Of a DNA stretch of 64,000 bases, positions 63,485 to 64,000 are shown in pieces. The stretch's first letter is position 1. The number at the start of each line of letters is the position of its first letter. The stretch lies in the sequence record NC_010821.1; one strand, given 5' to 3'. A model generated the notes under the pieces. The model had not been told where the DNA came from. It saw only the letters and a program-made list of their open reading frames with translations, and did not search any database. The translations under genes and the position numbers were made by a program.

Positions 63485-64000
63485 ATGGCGGAACCTAAGA
63501 TGGAAAACACATTGTTCAATAAACTCACTGAAAGCATGCAGTCGTTCAATACATCCCCACTCTTCGATATCCCCACTGGTAAATACTTGGAAGGGGGTGA
63601 TCTACTCAAAGGGTTGGCAGGTCATGCCGTATTGCACAAGGGCGGCCCTAGTATACAGTTAATTACTAAGCTCTGGGCTTTGGTGGAAGAGTATGAACCC
63701 AACACTGTATCGCGTTACACGGCGGCGTATCACCTGTTACGTGTAATGGGTTATGACGTACGATGGGAAGACACCACTAAGTGCCCTGATGTGTTCTGGA
63801 TCAATACTGAAGGAAATGGTGAAGACGAAGCTAAAATGATCCACGACATCCTTCATCGGGATTACAAGCTTGAGCCTAAGGCTGACCTCCCTGAGGGTCT
63901 TAGTGGGGCTGAGTTATACGAATGGTTCAAAGGAATCAATAACAAAGAACCTGTGCTCATTATCGATTCTATTTCACAAGAATCTACCCCTCAGTCCTAA
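63485..64000 (+). CDS. early protein with UvsX/RecA-like fragments
   Basis: PLFDIPTGKYLEG and VLIIDSISQ (Walker B-like); no Walker A; ends at the window edge with TAA. Confidence 0.4.
   Translation: MAEPKMENTLFNKLTESMQSFNTSPLFDIPTGKYLEGGDLLKGLAGHAVLHKGGPSIQLITKLWALVEEYEPNTVSRYTAAYHLLRVMGYDVRWEDTTKCPDVFWINTEGNGEDEAKMIHDILHRDYKLEPKADLPEGLSGAELYEWFKGINNKEPVLIIDSISQESTPQS

Noticed and set aside
1-64000. CRISPR array or long tandem DNA repeats
   Set aside because: No regularly spaced direct repeats seen; the recurring sequences are dispersed promoters and terminators.
1-64000. Stop-codon reassignment
   Set aside because: Genes tile densely under the standard code, and TAA, TAG and TGA all terminate genes at coupled junctions.

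Overview
This is a gene-dense stretch of a jumbo phage genome, most likely phiKZ-like (Chimalliviridae-type). The assignment is inferred from TATATTAC early-promoter boxes, S-x-E protease sites in a head-like protein and a gp131-like structural paralog family; no terminase, RNA polymerase or chimallin gene lies in the window. Recognisable genes are two SspB-like adaptors, thyA with three large insertions, an Rnl2/DRB0094-type RNA ligase, two tandem GNAT acetyltransferases, an ADP-ribosyltransferase-fold protein, an RlmN/Cfr-like radical SAM enzyme, FN3/lectin-like/Kelch virion proteins, a 768-aa head-like protein, nrdA, nrdB and tRNA-Leu(TAA). The other ~100 ORFs are small hypotheticals, many in paralog families. 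Four items stand out and are not explained by the ORF track. (1) A ~470-nt ORF-free, heavily base-paired candidate ncRNA at 34380-34855 with its own terminator. (2) A tRNA-like gene at 50092-50183 (-) with intact acceptor stem, T arm and CCA, a G3:U70 pair and a 14-nt-expanded anticodon arm, followed by a second structured region. (3) The RlmN-like enzyme lacks the resolving cysteine. (4) A genome-wide non-canonical terminator tail (TTTATKCCG) and several cryptic paralog modules. All protein calls come from motif recognition by eye; no searches were run.
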